64,000 nt of DNA from Squalus acanthias (taxonomy: Eukaryota). Location of the stretch: assembly GCA_030390025.1 (NCBI GenBank), contig CM059427.1, forward strand, positions 189,038,001-189,102,000. Reading direction: 5' to 3'. How positions within the stretch are numbered: the first letter of the stretch is position 1; the number at the start of each line of letters is the position of its first letter. The notes under the pieces are model-generated. The model had not been told where the DNA came from, ran no database searches, and saw nothing but the letters and a program-made list of their open reading frames with translations. Positions 49,720 to 60,489 of the stretch are shown here, in pieces. Made by a program: the position numbers and the translations under genes.

Positions 49720-49941
49720 AGCACTGGGCTCCAGATAGTACAGGGGTAAAACCTGGGGCTGTTTTGATAAAACAAAACACATATCCAGCTCCCTCTCTGT
49801 CAGCTTTCTGAATAATCAGTCTCAATGATTTCCCTTCCCAATTCCATCCATCGAACGATTTCTCTTCCACAATGTTGCTTTAGTTTCTGATCCAAACAAA
49901 TTTCATTGATTCAGTGACATCAGAGACAGAGCAGGTCAGGG
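49720..49941 (-). pseudogene. Decayed, 5'-truncated paralog of the 52166-52435 C2 exon
   Basis: Translates LTCSVSDVTESMKFVWIRN*SNIVEEK..SLRLIIQKADR, then frameshifted GSWICVLFYQN..YYLEPS; in-frame TAA; donor degraded to ctaagt. Confidence 0.85.
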
Positions 49942-50085
49942 CATTTCTCTCCTTCCCCAGAATTGTACCTCGAATGATGTATTCCATCTATATCTGCCTG
50001 ACAATGCGTCTGACCCAACACCGCACTGTATCTCTTCTTCCATTGCTTTGAGCTGTATACTTTGTCTTTTGATGTTAAACTGTTT

Positions 50086-50840
50086 GGCCCAAAATTTCGG
50101 CTGAGAACGGGTGAGTACTCAGTGCGTACTCACCCGTATTTATTCCCGAAGTGCCGGTTTCCTGCATGCACTGCGCATGCATGAGAAACCGGCACTTCCG
50201 GTATGGCGAAGGGGGCGGTTCCTAGGTGAACCGCGTGCGCACTAGAGGCTGCGCGCACGCAGCACACTTAGGTTTTTTTTTAGGTTTCAACGCGAGGGTA
50301 AGTATGGAAGATTCGACAAAAGTAAAAAGGAGGCGTAAGACCCCTTTTGAACAAGGTAAGTAGTTAATTAAGTATAATTTTTAATTTTTTTCAACAGGTT
50401 TATCTTTTTTAGAGACTTTAAAGAAAGGTAAGTCTATTTTTATAACTTTTAAAAAAAAAATTTCAAAAATTTTTATTTTTGTTTAAAGTGGTTAATTTAT
50501 TTAACTATAGTTATTTTATTAACGTGATTTTTAAAAAAAAATTATTTGAGGTTTAGCTGTTGTTTTGAGGCCTCTTTCAATTCACAGATTTGACAGGTCT
50601 CCTGTCAAATCTATGAATGAAAGATGATCTGCTGCCATTGGCTCTCCATGGCCCACGTGATCCCAGGGGTCGCATCGCACTAACTGCGCCCCTGGGACAC
50701 GCACACACTGCGCGCCGGCACTAGGGAGAGGCCCAGGACCCGAAGTTCCTGTGGGGGCAAACAAGGACGGCAGACGCGGTATGTGATATCGCGCGCGATC
50801 CTTACCCCCACGGCAAGCCTCCGAGTCAAATATGAACACC
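50086..50840. mobile_element. Harbinger-type MITE family M1
   Basis: Homologous to 38032-38777 with the same internal hairpins; right end approximate. Confidence 0.78.
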
Positions 50841-50924
50841 TATGATTAAACTCTGAGTAATGTGGAGTGCAATAGAATATGAAAAGTGAAAGGTTATCAG
50901 AACAAAAGAACAGCAATAATTGAG

Positions 50925-52118
50925 AGTAGTGCGTTTGATGTGGTCTATATGGATTTTAGCAAGGCTTTTAATAAGGTCCCGCATGGCAGACTGGTCACGA
51001 AAGTAAAAGCCTATGGGGTCCAAGGCAAAGTGGCAAGCTGGATCCAAAATTGGGTCAGAGGCAAGAAACTAAGGGTAATGGTCGAAGGGTGTTTTTGTGC
51101 CTGGCAGGCTGTTTCCAGTGGGGTTCCGCAGGGCTCAGTACTCGGTCCTTTGCCTTTTGTGGTATATATCAATGATTTGGACTTGAATGTAGGAAGTATG
51201 ATTAAGAAGTTTGCAGATGATACAAAAACTGTCCGTGTGGTTGATAATGAAGAAGAAAGCTGCAGACTGCAGGAAGATATCAATGGACTGGTTAGGTGGG
51301 CAGAACAGTGGCAAATGGAATTCAATCTGGAGAAGTGTGAGGTAATGCACTTGGGGAGGGCTAACAAGGCAAGGGAATACACATTAAATGGTAGGACACT
51401 GAGACATGCAGAAGATCAGAGGGATCTTGGCGTGCATGTCCACAGATCCCTGAAGTTAGCAGGACAGGTAGATAAGGTGATTAAGAAGGCATATGGAATA
51501 CTTGCCTTTATTAGACGGGGCATAGAATATAAGAGCAGGGAGGTTATGCTTGAACTGTATAAAACACTAGTTAGTCCGCAGCTAGAATACTGTGTGCAGT
51601 TCTGGTCACCACATTACAGGAAGGATGTGATTGCACCAGAGTGGGTGCATAGGATATTTATGAGGCTGTTGCCTGGGCTGGGGAATTTTAGCTATGAGGA
51701 AAGATTGGATAGTCTGGGGTTGTTTTCTTTGGAACAGAGGAGGCTGAGCGGAGACCCAATTGAGGTGTATAAAATTATGAGGGGCCTAGATAGAGTGAAT
51801 AGGAAGGATCTATTTCCCTTAGCAGAGGGGTCAATCACCAGGGGGCATAGATTTAAAGTAATTGGTCGGAGGTTTAGAGGGGTTTTGAGGAGAAATGTTT
51901 TCACCCAGAGAGTGGTGAGGGTCTGGAACTCACTGCCTGACAGAGCGGTGGTAGAGAGCCTCATCACGTTTAAAAAGTACTTGGAATGCCATAACCTACA
52001 AGGCTACGGACCAAGTGCTGGAAAGTGGTATTAGGGTAGATAGCTCTTTGTCGGCCGGCATGGACAAGATGGGCCGTATGGCCTCCTTCTGTGCTGTAAA
52101 TTTCTATGATTCTATGAT
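50925..52118 (+). mobile_element. CR1 ORF2 3' fragment
   Basis: DVVYMDFSKAF..GVPQGSVLGP..FADD..QGYGPSAGKW; ttctatga tail. Confidence 0.9.
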
Positions 52119-52165
52119 GATGAACTTTCTATGGAGGTTACAAAGAGAAAACCTGAGACACTTAC

Positions 52166-52435
52166 TGTTAACCTTCAGATAATATGGAATTAAAACGCTG
52201 GGTGTGTTTTGATGAAACAAAATACATGTCCTGTTCCTTCTGCCTCTATCAGCTTTCTGAATAATCAGCCGTAACAAATCCTCTTCCTGCTTCTGGTCCA
52301 TGAAAATTTTCTCTTCAACAGTTTTGCCATCACTATTGCTCCAAACAAGTCTCATTGATTCAGTGACATCAGAGACAGAGCAGGTCAGGGTAACGGTGTC
52401 TCCCTCAGTCACTGCATCAGATGGTTCAGCTGTGA
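52166..52435 (-). CDS. IgSF C2-type domain exon (distal unit), 78-nt intron from the V exon
   Basis: 270-nt phase 1-1 exon, tttccacag|TCACA ... AACA|gtaagt; VTAEPSDAVTEGDTVTLTCSVSDVTESMRLVW...LRLIIQKADRGRRNRTC. Confidence 0.88.
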
Positions 52436-52513
52436 CTGTGGAAACAAGAAAATCATTTAGATTTTAAATAATAACTTGATCACTGAAAACAACGACAACA
52501 TTCTGTCTCCTAC

Positions 52514-52852
52514 CTTTAACTGTGATTAGTTTAATGGTCGCATAATTCAATAACCCCAGAGAACAAGTGTAAACTCCTGCATCTTCAAACAGTACGGGGA
52601 CAATCCTCACACTGAAGTTCTTGCCATTGAAATTTCCCGCTGTGGGCACCAGTCGACTCCCAAAGTAGGTCCTGTTTACTTCGATAGGCTTAGATCTGAA
52701 AGTAGAAGCTATTTCTTTCTCTTGATTCTGAAAATGACGTGACCTCCAAGTCCATTTAGTTTTAATGATCTCAGATTCAGCTTCACAAATCAGGGAGAGT
52801 TCACTGTGATCTGTGCCTGACTGATAAAGTGTGTAACTCTTATTGTGTAAAT
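52514..52852 (-). CDS. IgSF V-type domain exon (distal unit)
   Basis: 339-nt phase 1-1 exon, tttcag|ATTTA ... AAAG|gtagga; ELSLICE..KWTWRS..FGSRL..NFSVRIVPVLFEDAGVYTC..ITVK, canonical V-set DxGxYxC. Confidence 0.88.
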
Positions 52853-53825
52853 CTGAAATAGAGAGACAGGAAACAAGGTGTTAGATTTATATAGCTGCTG
52901 AGATACAGGTGTTCTGAAATCCCACAGGGCCATTCAGCGCCCTCCTGGCATAAGCCAGCTGGGAGTGCAGCACTGGGACAGGGAAATCGGCTGGGACCCG
53001 GATACACTGGCTGCCGGCCCAGGCTGCCCATTGTTTAAACGCCGGGTTGTGCTACAAAGTCCATCTGCCCCAATCATGGCCCCCGTCAAAGTGATGTTGT
53101 TTCCCCATGGAGTGTAGATAATCAATTTGTTAAACTGTCTCAGCAATCGATTGTCAATAAACGCCTCATACCCATTGTGTTGGGCACATCTGGTCCCCTC
53201 GGGTTTTTAACAGAAGGAGATAAAACAAAGAGAGAGACAGAAGCAAACAGGCAGGTCCATCAAGGGTGCATCGTCAGTCTGGCTTGATACAGAAAGTTGC
53301 AAGGGCAAGCCTGGGCCAGGCTCAGAAGTTCAGCATGTAGGAGGGTAGTTAGGAGTTAATGGGTGAAAAATTCTGGGCTTTACGCCACCCATTACCGGCA
53401 AAAAATGCCGAAAGAGCAGCGGCCACTGCTCTTTCACCAGCTGGTGGCGGGTCCTGCAGCGTCCTCCATTTTCGACGTTTGCTTTGCGTTGTCGGTAACT
53501 GGCAGCGCCCTGGAGAAAAAAATGCAACGCCGACTGAACATCATGGGCTGGATTTTGCCATTGGGGACGGGCAGGGGGCGTGTCAGGTGGTCGTCGTGTC
53601 AGGATCGCAACTCCGATGTGAAGTGGGACAAAAGTGCGATTTTGCCATAATTGGGCACTTGATTTCCAGCGTGTGGAAACCCCTGGCCCAGTGAGCCTTT
53701 TCATACAGAAAGTCGCCTCCGATGACGTCATCAATGCTGCTGGATTTAAGGCCTGCAAGCAGCCTTGCTTCTTTTTCAGCCTTTAAACTTTATGCCCATT
53801 GTTCTGAGCGCTTCCTTCACCAATT

Positions 53826-56800
53826 ATGTCTACCAGTAGATCAAAGTGTGCTCCAAGATTCGGTGAGGCCTCCCTCCAAGCTCTGGTGGATGGAGGGAGC
53901 AGAGCAAATAAGGAGGTGCTCTTCCCTTCCTCAGGGAGGAAAAAGCCTCCCCAGCAGACTAAAGCTGTGTGGCTGCAAGTGGCCCAAGAGGTAAACACAA
54001 TTTCTATGTGCAGCAGAACCTGGCTGCTGTGCAGGAAGAGGTTTCATGACGTTCTCCGCACAGGAAAAGTGAGTATGACTTTCCCATCAGCCTCAATCTG
54101 ATCCCCATCACCTCTCATCACCAGCACTCTGCTATGCCAACCTCTTCCTCCACATCCCACTTGACACTTACATCCCTGCACCCTTACCCATTCCCTCTCT
54201 CTCTATGGTCACATTCACTTAACTATTCGACCATGCAGCCCTCACACTCCCTGTCACTGTGATGCATTGACAACAACTTACAATACACAGGGAGGGCCCT
54301 TTGTCTCCTTCTAAGCATCTATGCTATGGATTCTTGACACTCACTCCTTCATTCTCACTCAAACTCCACTTGTGTCCCTCATTGCAGGAAAAGAGAGCCC
54401 ACAATAAGAGGGAAAGAGTGAGGACAGGAGGAGGGCCACCCTCAGTAGCCCAGTTCACCACTTCAGAGGAGGTGGCCCTGGAGATCGCCGGAGTGGAGGA
54501 CGATTCGCAAGTGGGGGACGGACAGACGCGCACATCACAGCAAGCCGGTGACAGAATAGTTTAGCATCTCTCTTATTGACATTGCATGAGTGACTGATAA
54601 TGATTCTGATGCTCTAACAGATTGACTTATGATCATCTGCACAATTCAATGTGCATGCAACCTTTACCTCACATCTCTAACTCTTTCATTTACTCCCCCA
54701 CAGGACTATCGAGTGCCCCCGTCCCCACTGTCCAGGAGGAACTGAAGGGATAATTACTAGTCCACCCCGGATCAGGCGTATTCCCCAGACTTTCACTTTC
54801 AACTAAAGTTTGAGGTAGCCGAATCCTAAAGACGCTGAATTGGGTCTAAAGATCCAGACTATTTCTCCCTAAAGGAAAGGAACAACCTGAAGAGGTTACC
54901 ATCCTCCAGAGAGCACTTTTAATAAGTTTAGCTAGACTGTAACATTCCGGATATTATGAGGGTCCGGAAACCTCCCCCAGAATTCTGCAACTGCTCACCA
55001 AAGAGTGTACAGAGATTGAGTTTGCGAGTTTGATACAGAAGTATTATGTGAGACAATTCTAAAAATATATAGATTTATTAAAGTACCGACATGTAATTTA
55101 CAATTGGTGATTCAATCGCAACATTAACAGTTCCAAATACAAAAAGCTTACAATTCTATTATCAGAGATCCTTATTCTCAAATCTTAACTTCGCTAGTTT
55201 TACAGTTTTTAGTTTATTCCAGGATATCCACCAAAATCAAATACAAACCTTGATCCCCGAGATACCAAAGAGTTGTAGACTTACAGAGCCTGCCTCTGAT
55301 GCCTGAGAATCGCTTTGGCCCTTCAAGCGAATCTATCTTCCCATTTGAAAGTTCAATTTTTATATCCTTTCTCAGTGGTATTTCATTTGAAGTTTTCTGC
55401 TGATGTAAGCTAATTATCTCTAACATTTTTCTGTTGACCCCTGCTATTTTTACAGTTAGATCAGATTGTAGCATTAAGAATTATGTCTCTACCCTTAGGT
55501 GTTCGAAGCTTATCATAAAAACAATGTGATGGCTGGTGCATCTATTTGATGTCATTCTTACCAAGGTCTTCTGTTTGTATCTTTTGCAAGTAGAACACCT
55601 CAACTGGGTGCACCATTGTCTTCTTAGTTACCTTAGCTGGTTGCAACACAGAATCGAGTCTCCCATGTTTCATTTGATGTCATTTTTACGAAGGCATATG
55701 TATCTTCTTCTTTTATGTGCCTGTTTACAAAGTGTACTTTAAAACACCTTAACAGGGTGTACCATTGTGTTTTTTCCAAAGCTTCAGACTTTCAGAAACC
55801 TCCAACCTCCTGTTTCAATAAGGCTATTGATTCAGTGTCAACAACTTACCTTATCTCAATAGCCTGAATGCTGTTCACAGCTTCTCCATTGTTAGATTTT
55901 TTAGATTTCCAAGCCCTAGTATGTCATGTTTTAATAAAGTCAGAATTCTTTTATAGAATGGTGTATTTTTCTGAATAGGTATATTGCTTATTCCTTCACA
56001 GAACAGCCTGAGCTTCAAGACTCCTCAGAGGAAGCTGCAACCTCTGAGGGTGCAGCGTCAGCAGAATTCAACGCACCCAGCACCAGCGCAGACACTCACA
56101 CCTTGGTGAGACCTTCGCGAGATAGAGTCGTGCTGTCACCTGGTGTATCACAGAACACAAGTGAGCATCAGCAGATAGTGGAGACAGGGACAGCAGTGGA
56201 GAGTTCTCGTCGGAGAGCGCAGGACTCTGCCAGCTCAGCTCAGCTGCATGTCGACACTGTGCCTCCGGGTCCATCCAGAAGGAGAGCGGTGCTGGAACTC
56301 CAGGAACAGGTGCAGGAGTCTCTGGCAGGTTTTGTCTCCAGGGTCACTACAAGTGTGGAGCGAATGGAGGAGACCTTCGCAAATATGAGCAGAGCCTTTG
56401 TGGAGGCATTGGCGCATGAACGCATCACCACGGAAAGGATGGCAACCTCCTTGGAAAGGATGGCTACCTCCATGGTAAGGCTGGCTACGGTAGAGGAGAG
56501 GATGGATACGGTAGAGGAGAGGGTGTCTATGGCCATGGAGGAGCTTAGTCGCCAGGGTATTGAAAACATGGTCATTGTTCAGAATAGACTGACATTTCTT
56601 GAGGAGCGATGGTCAGCTATTGAGCAGAGAAACCAGACCATCATGGAAGTCCTCTGGAGTAGGAATTCCAGTGCAGAAATGGGTCTTCATGGCCCCCCTG
56701 AAGTGCAGCAAGGTGCTGTCAAGCCACTTGCTAGCTCTGAAGTGGGGCTGACCAATGAGAGGGATGTTGGTGGCGGACAACAAGGAAGGGGGACTCCTCT

Positions 56801-57073
56801 CCAAGTGCTCACATGACCATGCCACTGCAAAGCCCTCGGTCAGAGCCCCACCAGAGTCCTCACCCAAATGAGATGGGCGTCTCAGCCCCTGCACAGCTGC
56901 AGGAGCAGCAGACTGTTGCCGAGCCCTCACAGGTTCGCAACCCCAGAGGACGGCCGCCAAAGGTGTCGAGACAGGAGCATCAAGAAAGTGAGCAAGGGGC
57001 CTCCACATCTGCTGAAGCCACAGGGGAAGCACCACGTAGGAGCACGCGTAAGAGGAAGATAAAGCACAGGTAG
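53826..57073 (+). CDS. Harbinger MYB/SANT-like DNA-binding protein; exons 53826-54068, 54388-54547, 54704-54742 + 56005-57073; LTR-interrupted, frameshift near 56813
   Basis: APRF..LF..KAVWLQVA..RTWLLCRKRFHD|EKRAHNKRERVRTGGG; GT-AG junctions in frame; heptad coiled coil; C-terminal RRSTRKRK. Confidence 0.8.
54743..56000 (-). mobile_element. Solo LTR-like insertion (1258 bp), second family
   Basis: tgaagg...ccttcaca termini; 4-bp TSD GAAC (54739-42, 56001-04); interrupts MYB exon 3; minus-strand AATAAA/TAATAAA at ~55075 and ~55213. Confidence 0.75.
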
Positions 57074-57325
57074 CCACAAGGGTAGTCACTTGGGTGTTCT
57101 GCTGTATTGATTTTTGACAAGCCATCCTTGAATTGTTATGATAAACAGATTTGATGGAAAACTGTTGAAATTGTGGCCTGTGTCATTTCGCAAATGGGAC
57201 ATTGAGGGCTTAGGGCGACTTGCAATTGTCAGTATGGTGGTCAGAGTGATAGGAATTCACAGGTTCTTGTCCATTGTCGATGCTCTGGTAAGAAGGTGCG
57301 AAGCAAAAGTGTTTGATTGTGCAGG

Positions 57326-57551
57326 CTAAGCAAATCTGGCCAACATGAGTGCGTCCCTTGCATCCCGGCAGCAATGTGGTCGCGCACTGATGCCTTCTGG
57401 CCTGTGCAGCTTCAGGTGGGTGAGCAGCAGCTTGGCGATCCTGTTGTTGCTGCTGCTGTTGGTGGTGCTGTTGTTCAGAGTTCTGCTGCTGCCGGTGCTG
57501 GTCTTCATCCGAATCTGATGTCCAGGAGGGAAGGAAATAAATGGTTCCCAT
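57326..57551 (-). pseudogene. Harbinger transposase remnant (N-terminus joined to C-terminus, DDE core deleted)
   Basis: MGTIYF..SDSDEDQ..Q-rich start directly followed by ..DARDALMLARFA*; convergent to the MYB gene as expected for Harbinger. Confidence 0.6.
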
Positions 57552-58810
57552 GCTTCTGGTATATTCCTCAGTTGAGGAAGCGCTCAGTCAAAGTGGGGAG
57601 AGAGGTTTCCCAGGAGGTCACACTGGAGATGGGTTTCAGTCTCCAAACTTCCACAACAATGAGCAGGCCTGCTTAAAGTTCCCCCAGACCTGAGACAACA
57701 AAGTTCTGCCACCTGCAAATGATCATTGGTGAAAACTCCTTTTTAATGTTGGAGCTGGAGCTGTTAGTAAGCAACCCACTTGTGAGGCCGCCAGGATTAA
57801 CTGGTGTGTTCCAGAGGAGCCGTGCAGGACGGGGGAAATGTGTTAAAATCAGAAAGGCCTCTCAAAACGGGATTATAGAGGCACTTTAGTGGTTGTTAAG
57901 GGCCTTACGGGCCAATCCTGCCTCTTGGAGACAGGATGGAAACGGGGTCTGCAACCACGAATGTGGGAAAATTGCTCAGAGGCGGGATGGAGGCGGGATC
58001 GGACCCACCCGCCATTTTTTGCGATTTTGACAACTCACACGCCTTCAAACCCGTCTATTCGGGCCTGGTATAATCGAGCCCCATCACTCTGAACTTCGAC
58101 CCTAGCGCTGAATTCAGTGCTGGGTCCTAAGCACGCCAGGGAAACCTGGCTTGCAAGCAGGCTGACAGTGGCAACGTCAGCACCTCTTAAAGGGACACAC
58201 ACATCATTCAGGTAAATTTGGATTTAAGCTTTTGGACTGTTTTATTTTGATTTTATTGAAGTAGTGGCTTTCTGCAGTAGATTGTTAAAAGTTTGTTAAG
58301 TGTGTAGGGAGTGCTGCTGGATACTTGCAAGCCCTCGAATGGTAAAGGAAGGACTCTGAAAAGACAGGAAAAGCTGCAAATAACAGCAGGTCAGGCAACC
58401 TCCGTGGAGAGAGAAACAGAGTTCACGTCTCAGGTCGAGATGCTGCCTGACCAGCTGAGTATTTCCTGCATTTCAGATTTGCAGCATCTGAAGGAAGGAT
58501 ACAGCCCAGACAGTCCCGTTCTGGCTGCGATATCCAGGATGGAATCATCCGCCTGCGGTACCAGTGACCACAATCCCAATTCCCGTTTATACACCTTTCC
58601 TTCCATCTGTTACTGAGTATCACAACGTCATCTTGACATCAAGAAATCAACTCATCACCCTTATGCATGCCTTTGCCTATCCTACTGATGGCATGCAGTG
58701 CTACCCAGTGGCTGCAGCATGGCTGGTGGAAAGCTGCTGACTTTCAGTGGGGGACACTGCAAATGGCCTTGCTGGTCGGCCTTAAGGAGCTGGTGACTGG
58801 GAGTGTCAAA

Positions 58811-58885
58811 TCATCATCATCATCATCAACATCATGATCATCTCCTCCTCCTCCTCCTCCTCCACCTCCTCCTCCTCCCTCCCTC
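58811..58885. repeat. (CAT)n(CCT)n microsatellite
   Basis: Direct reading. Confidence 0.9.
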
Positions 58886-59049
58886 TTCCTGGCCAACCGT
58901 TGGCTGGGCAGGCTGCATTTCTTGGGTGTGTGAAATGAGGAAGGGACAAGGGTGGAGTTGTGGTGATGGGAGGGCAGGAAAGCATGAGGTGCATGCCAGA
59001 AGGAGGATAACATGTGAGGATACCAGCATCTGGCATCCTTCGGCACTGG

Positions 59050-59236
59050 AGCCAGGTGGTGGGGGCGACACTGCTGGCAGTGTTGCCTCGGTGATGTAGT
59101 TTCTCATCCTTCTTTCTGGAGGGTCTCCTGGCCCCTGTGGGTGGAGGAGCTGTCTTGCAGTGTTAACCCTCTGCACAAAGCTGGAGTGCTGCGTGCGAGA
59201 CGCTGGGTGCTCCTTCCCTGGTTTGCTGAGCCATTT
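59050..59236 (-). pseudogene. Degenerate MYB/SANT exon of an older Harbinger that hosts 53545-58081
   Basis: MAQQTREGAPSVSHAALQL.. followed by LLHPQG, resembling the Harbinger MYB start; MITE-like sequence at 53360-53544 continues at 58085. Confidence 0.4.
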
Positions 59237-60489
59237 GTGTTAGTGCTGAAGCAGATTTCCTATTTTATGAGGTTCGGAAGGGAATTCAGCTTTAAGAGCT
59301 GAACAATCACATTTGGGACTTCTTTTTAATGTTATATATATTTTTTGACAGGCAGTAAGGGCTGAAAACTGCATTTTTTGACTGCATTTTAATTTCTATT
59401 AGTTCTGAGTGCATGGCCCCTTTAATTCATAGCCCTTTTAATGGCCCACAATTCCTCGCTCCCAGAGGCTGTGCAAAGCTCGAACGCCACTTCAGGACGG
59501 GAACTTCACCTCGGAGGTCTCCACTAACAATGGAGTAATTTTCCTGCTTCCGATAACCAGTATCGGCTGCAATCGGCCCCCCTCGGGCGAGCTACCTGTG
59601 GAGGTGCGAGAGGTGTCGACAGCTGCCCTGAATATTGAGATGAGACCCGAGGGACCAATTTCTTGCGATCCTCAGGCCAACGTCTTCGGGCACTGGGATT
59701 ATTCATCTGCGCCCATTTACCACAATATAAACGGCTTAACGAGTTTCTAGGCTGTGTTTTCACTACGGCTCTGTGGAAACCGTCAAATGAGTATCTTAGC
59801 TCCGTGTGGTTAACCACAAAACAAGCCAATATTGAGTCAGATCCTGTAGCTGACTCACATCGACAGATTTTGTGTTTTCAGCTGTCCAAAATCACACCAG
59901 TTTGTTTTCTCGTAAACCACTAAGTCTTGTTTCTGATGCAAATTTTATCTATGAAAACTATTAACATTATATATGAGTGTACTCAGAACAGTAACCACTA
60001 CATCTTCATGAAAAAATTCTCGTGGAATTTGACCATGGCTGAATGTAAAATCCTGAGGTTTCAATTGTTTTTCTGTTTAGTATTTGGGTTACAAAAACAT
60101 TATGGGTTGCATAATGCAGTCCATGGCTCTGTAGTGCTTTAGAAGTCCACGTGGTTAACTCTTAACTGCCCTGTGAAGTGGCCTAGCAAGTCACTCAGTT
60201 AAAGGCAACTAGGGATGGGCAATAAATGCCGGCCATGCCAGCGATGCCCACATTCTGAGAATGAATAATAATTAAAAAATGTCACCAGCACCAGGTATAA
60301 TTGGAGCTGGAGATCAGGCCCTACTGTGCACCTATTCCAATGGAAATGAGGACAGACAGAACTTAGCACACTAGAAGCCTGTGAACTGACTGTGTGCAAG
60401 GCTCTTTAAGATCTCACTTATTATTTAAATTAGGCCAAAGCCCTGGAGCAGTTCTCCATTAGAAACAGGGGAGGCCTAACATTAAAATT

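Larger units (their letters stand above)
53545..58081. mobile_element. Harbinger transposon derivative: MYB/SANT gene (+) convergent with a deleted transposase (-)
   Basis: TIR gggctggattttgcc / ggtataatcgagccc; TSD CAT (53542-44, 58082-84). Confidence 0.85.

Noticed and set aside
712-52852. Assigning the symbols CD4 or LAG3
   Set aside because: No transmembrane or cytoplasmic diagnostic motif or synteny is visible; only family-level resemblance is supported
58744-59176. Poly-G/D/H/E/R ORFs
   Set aside because: Translations of a (CAT)n(CCT)n microsatellite
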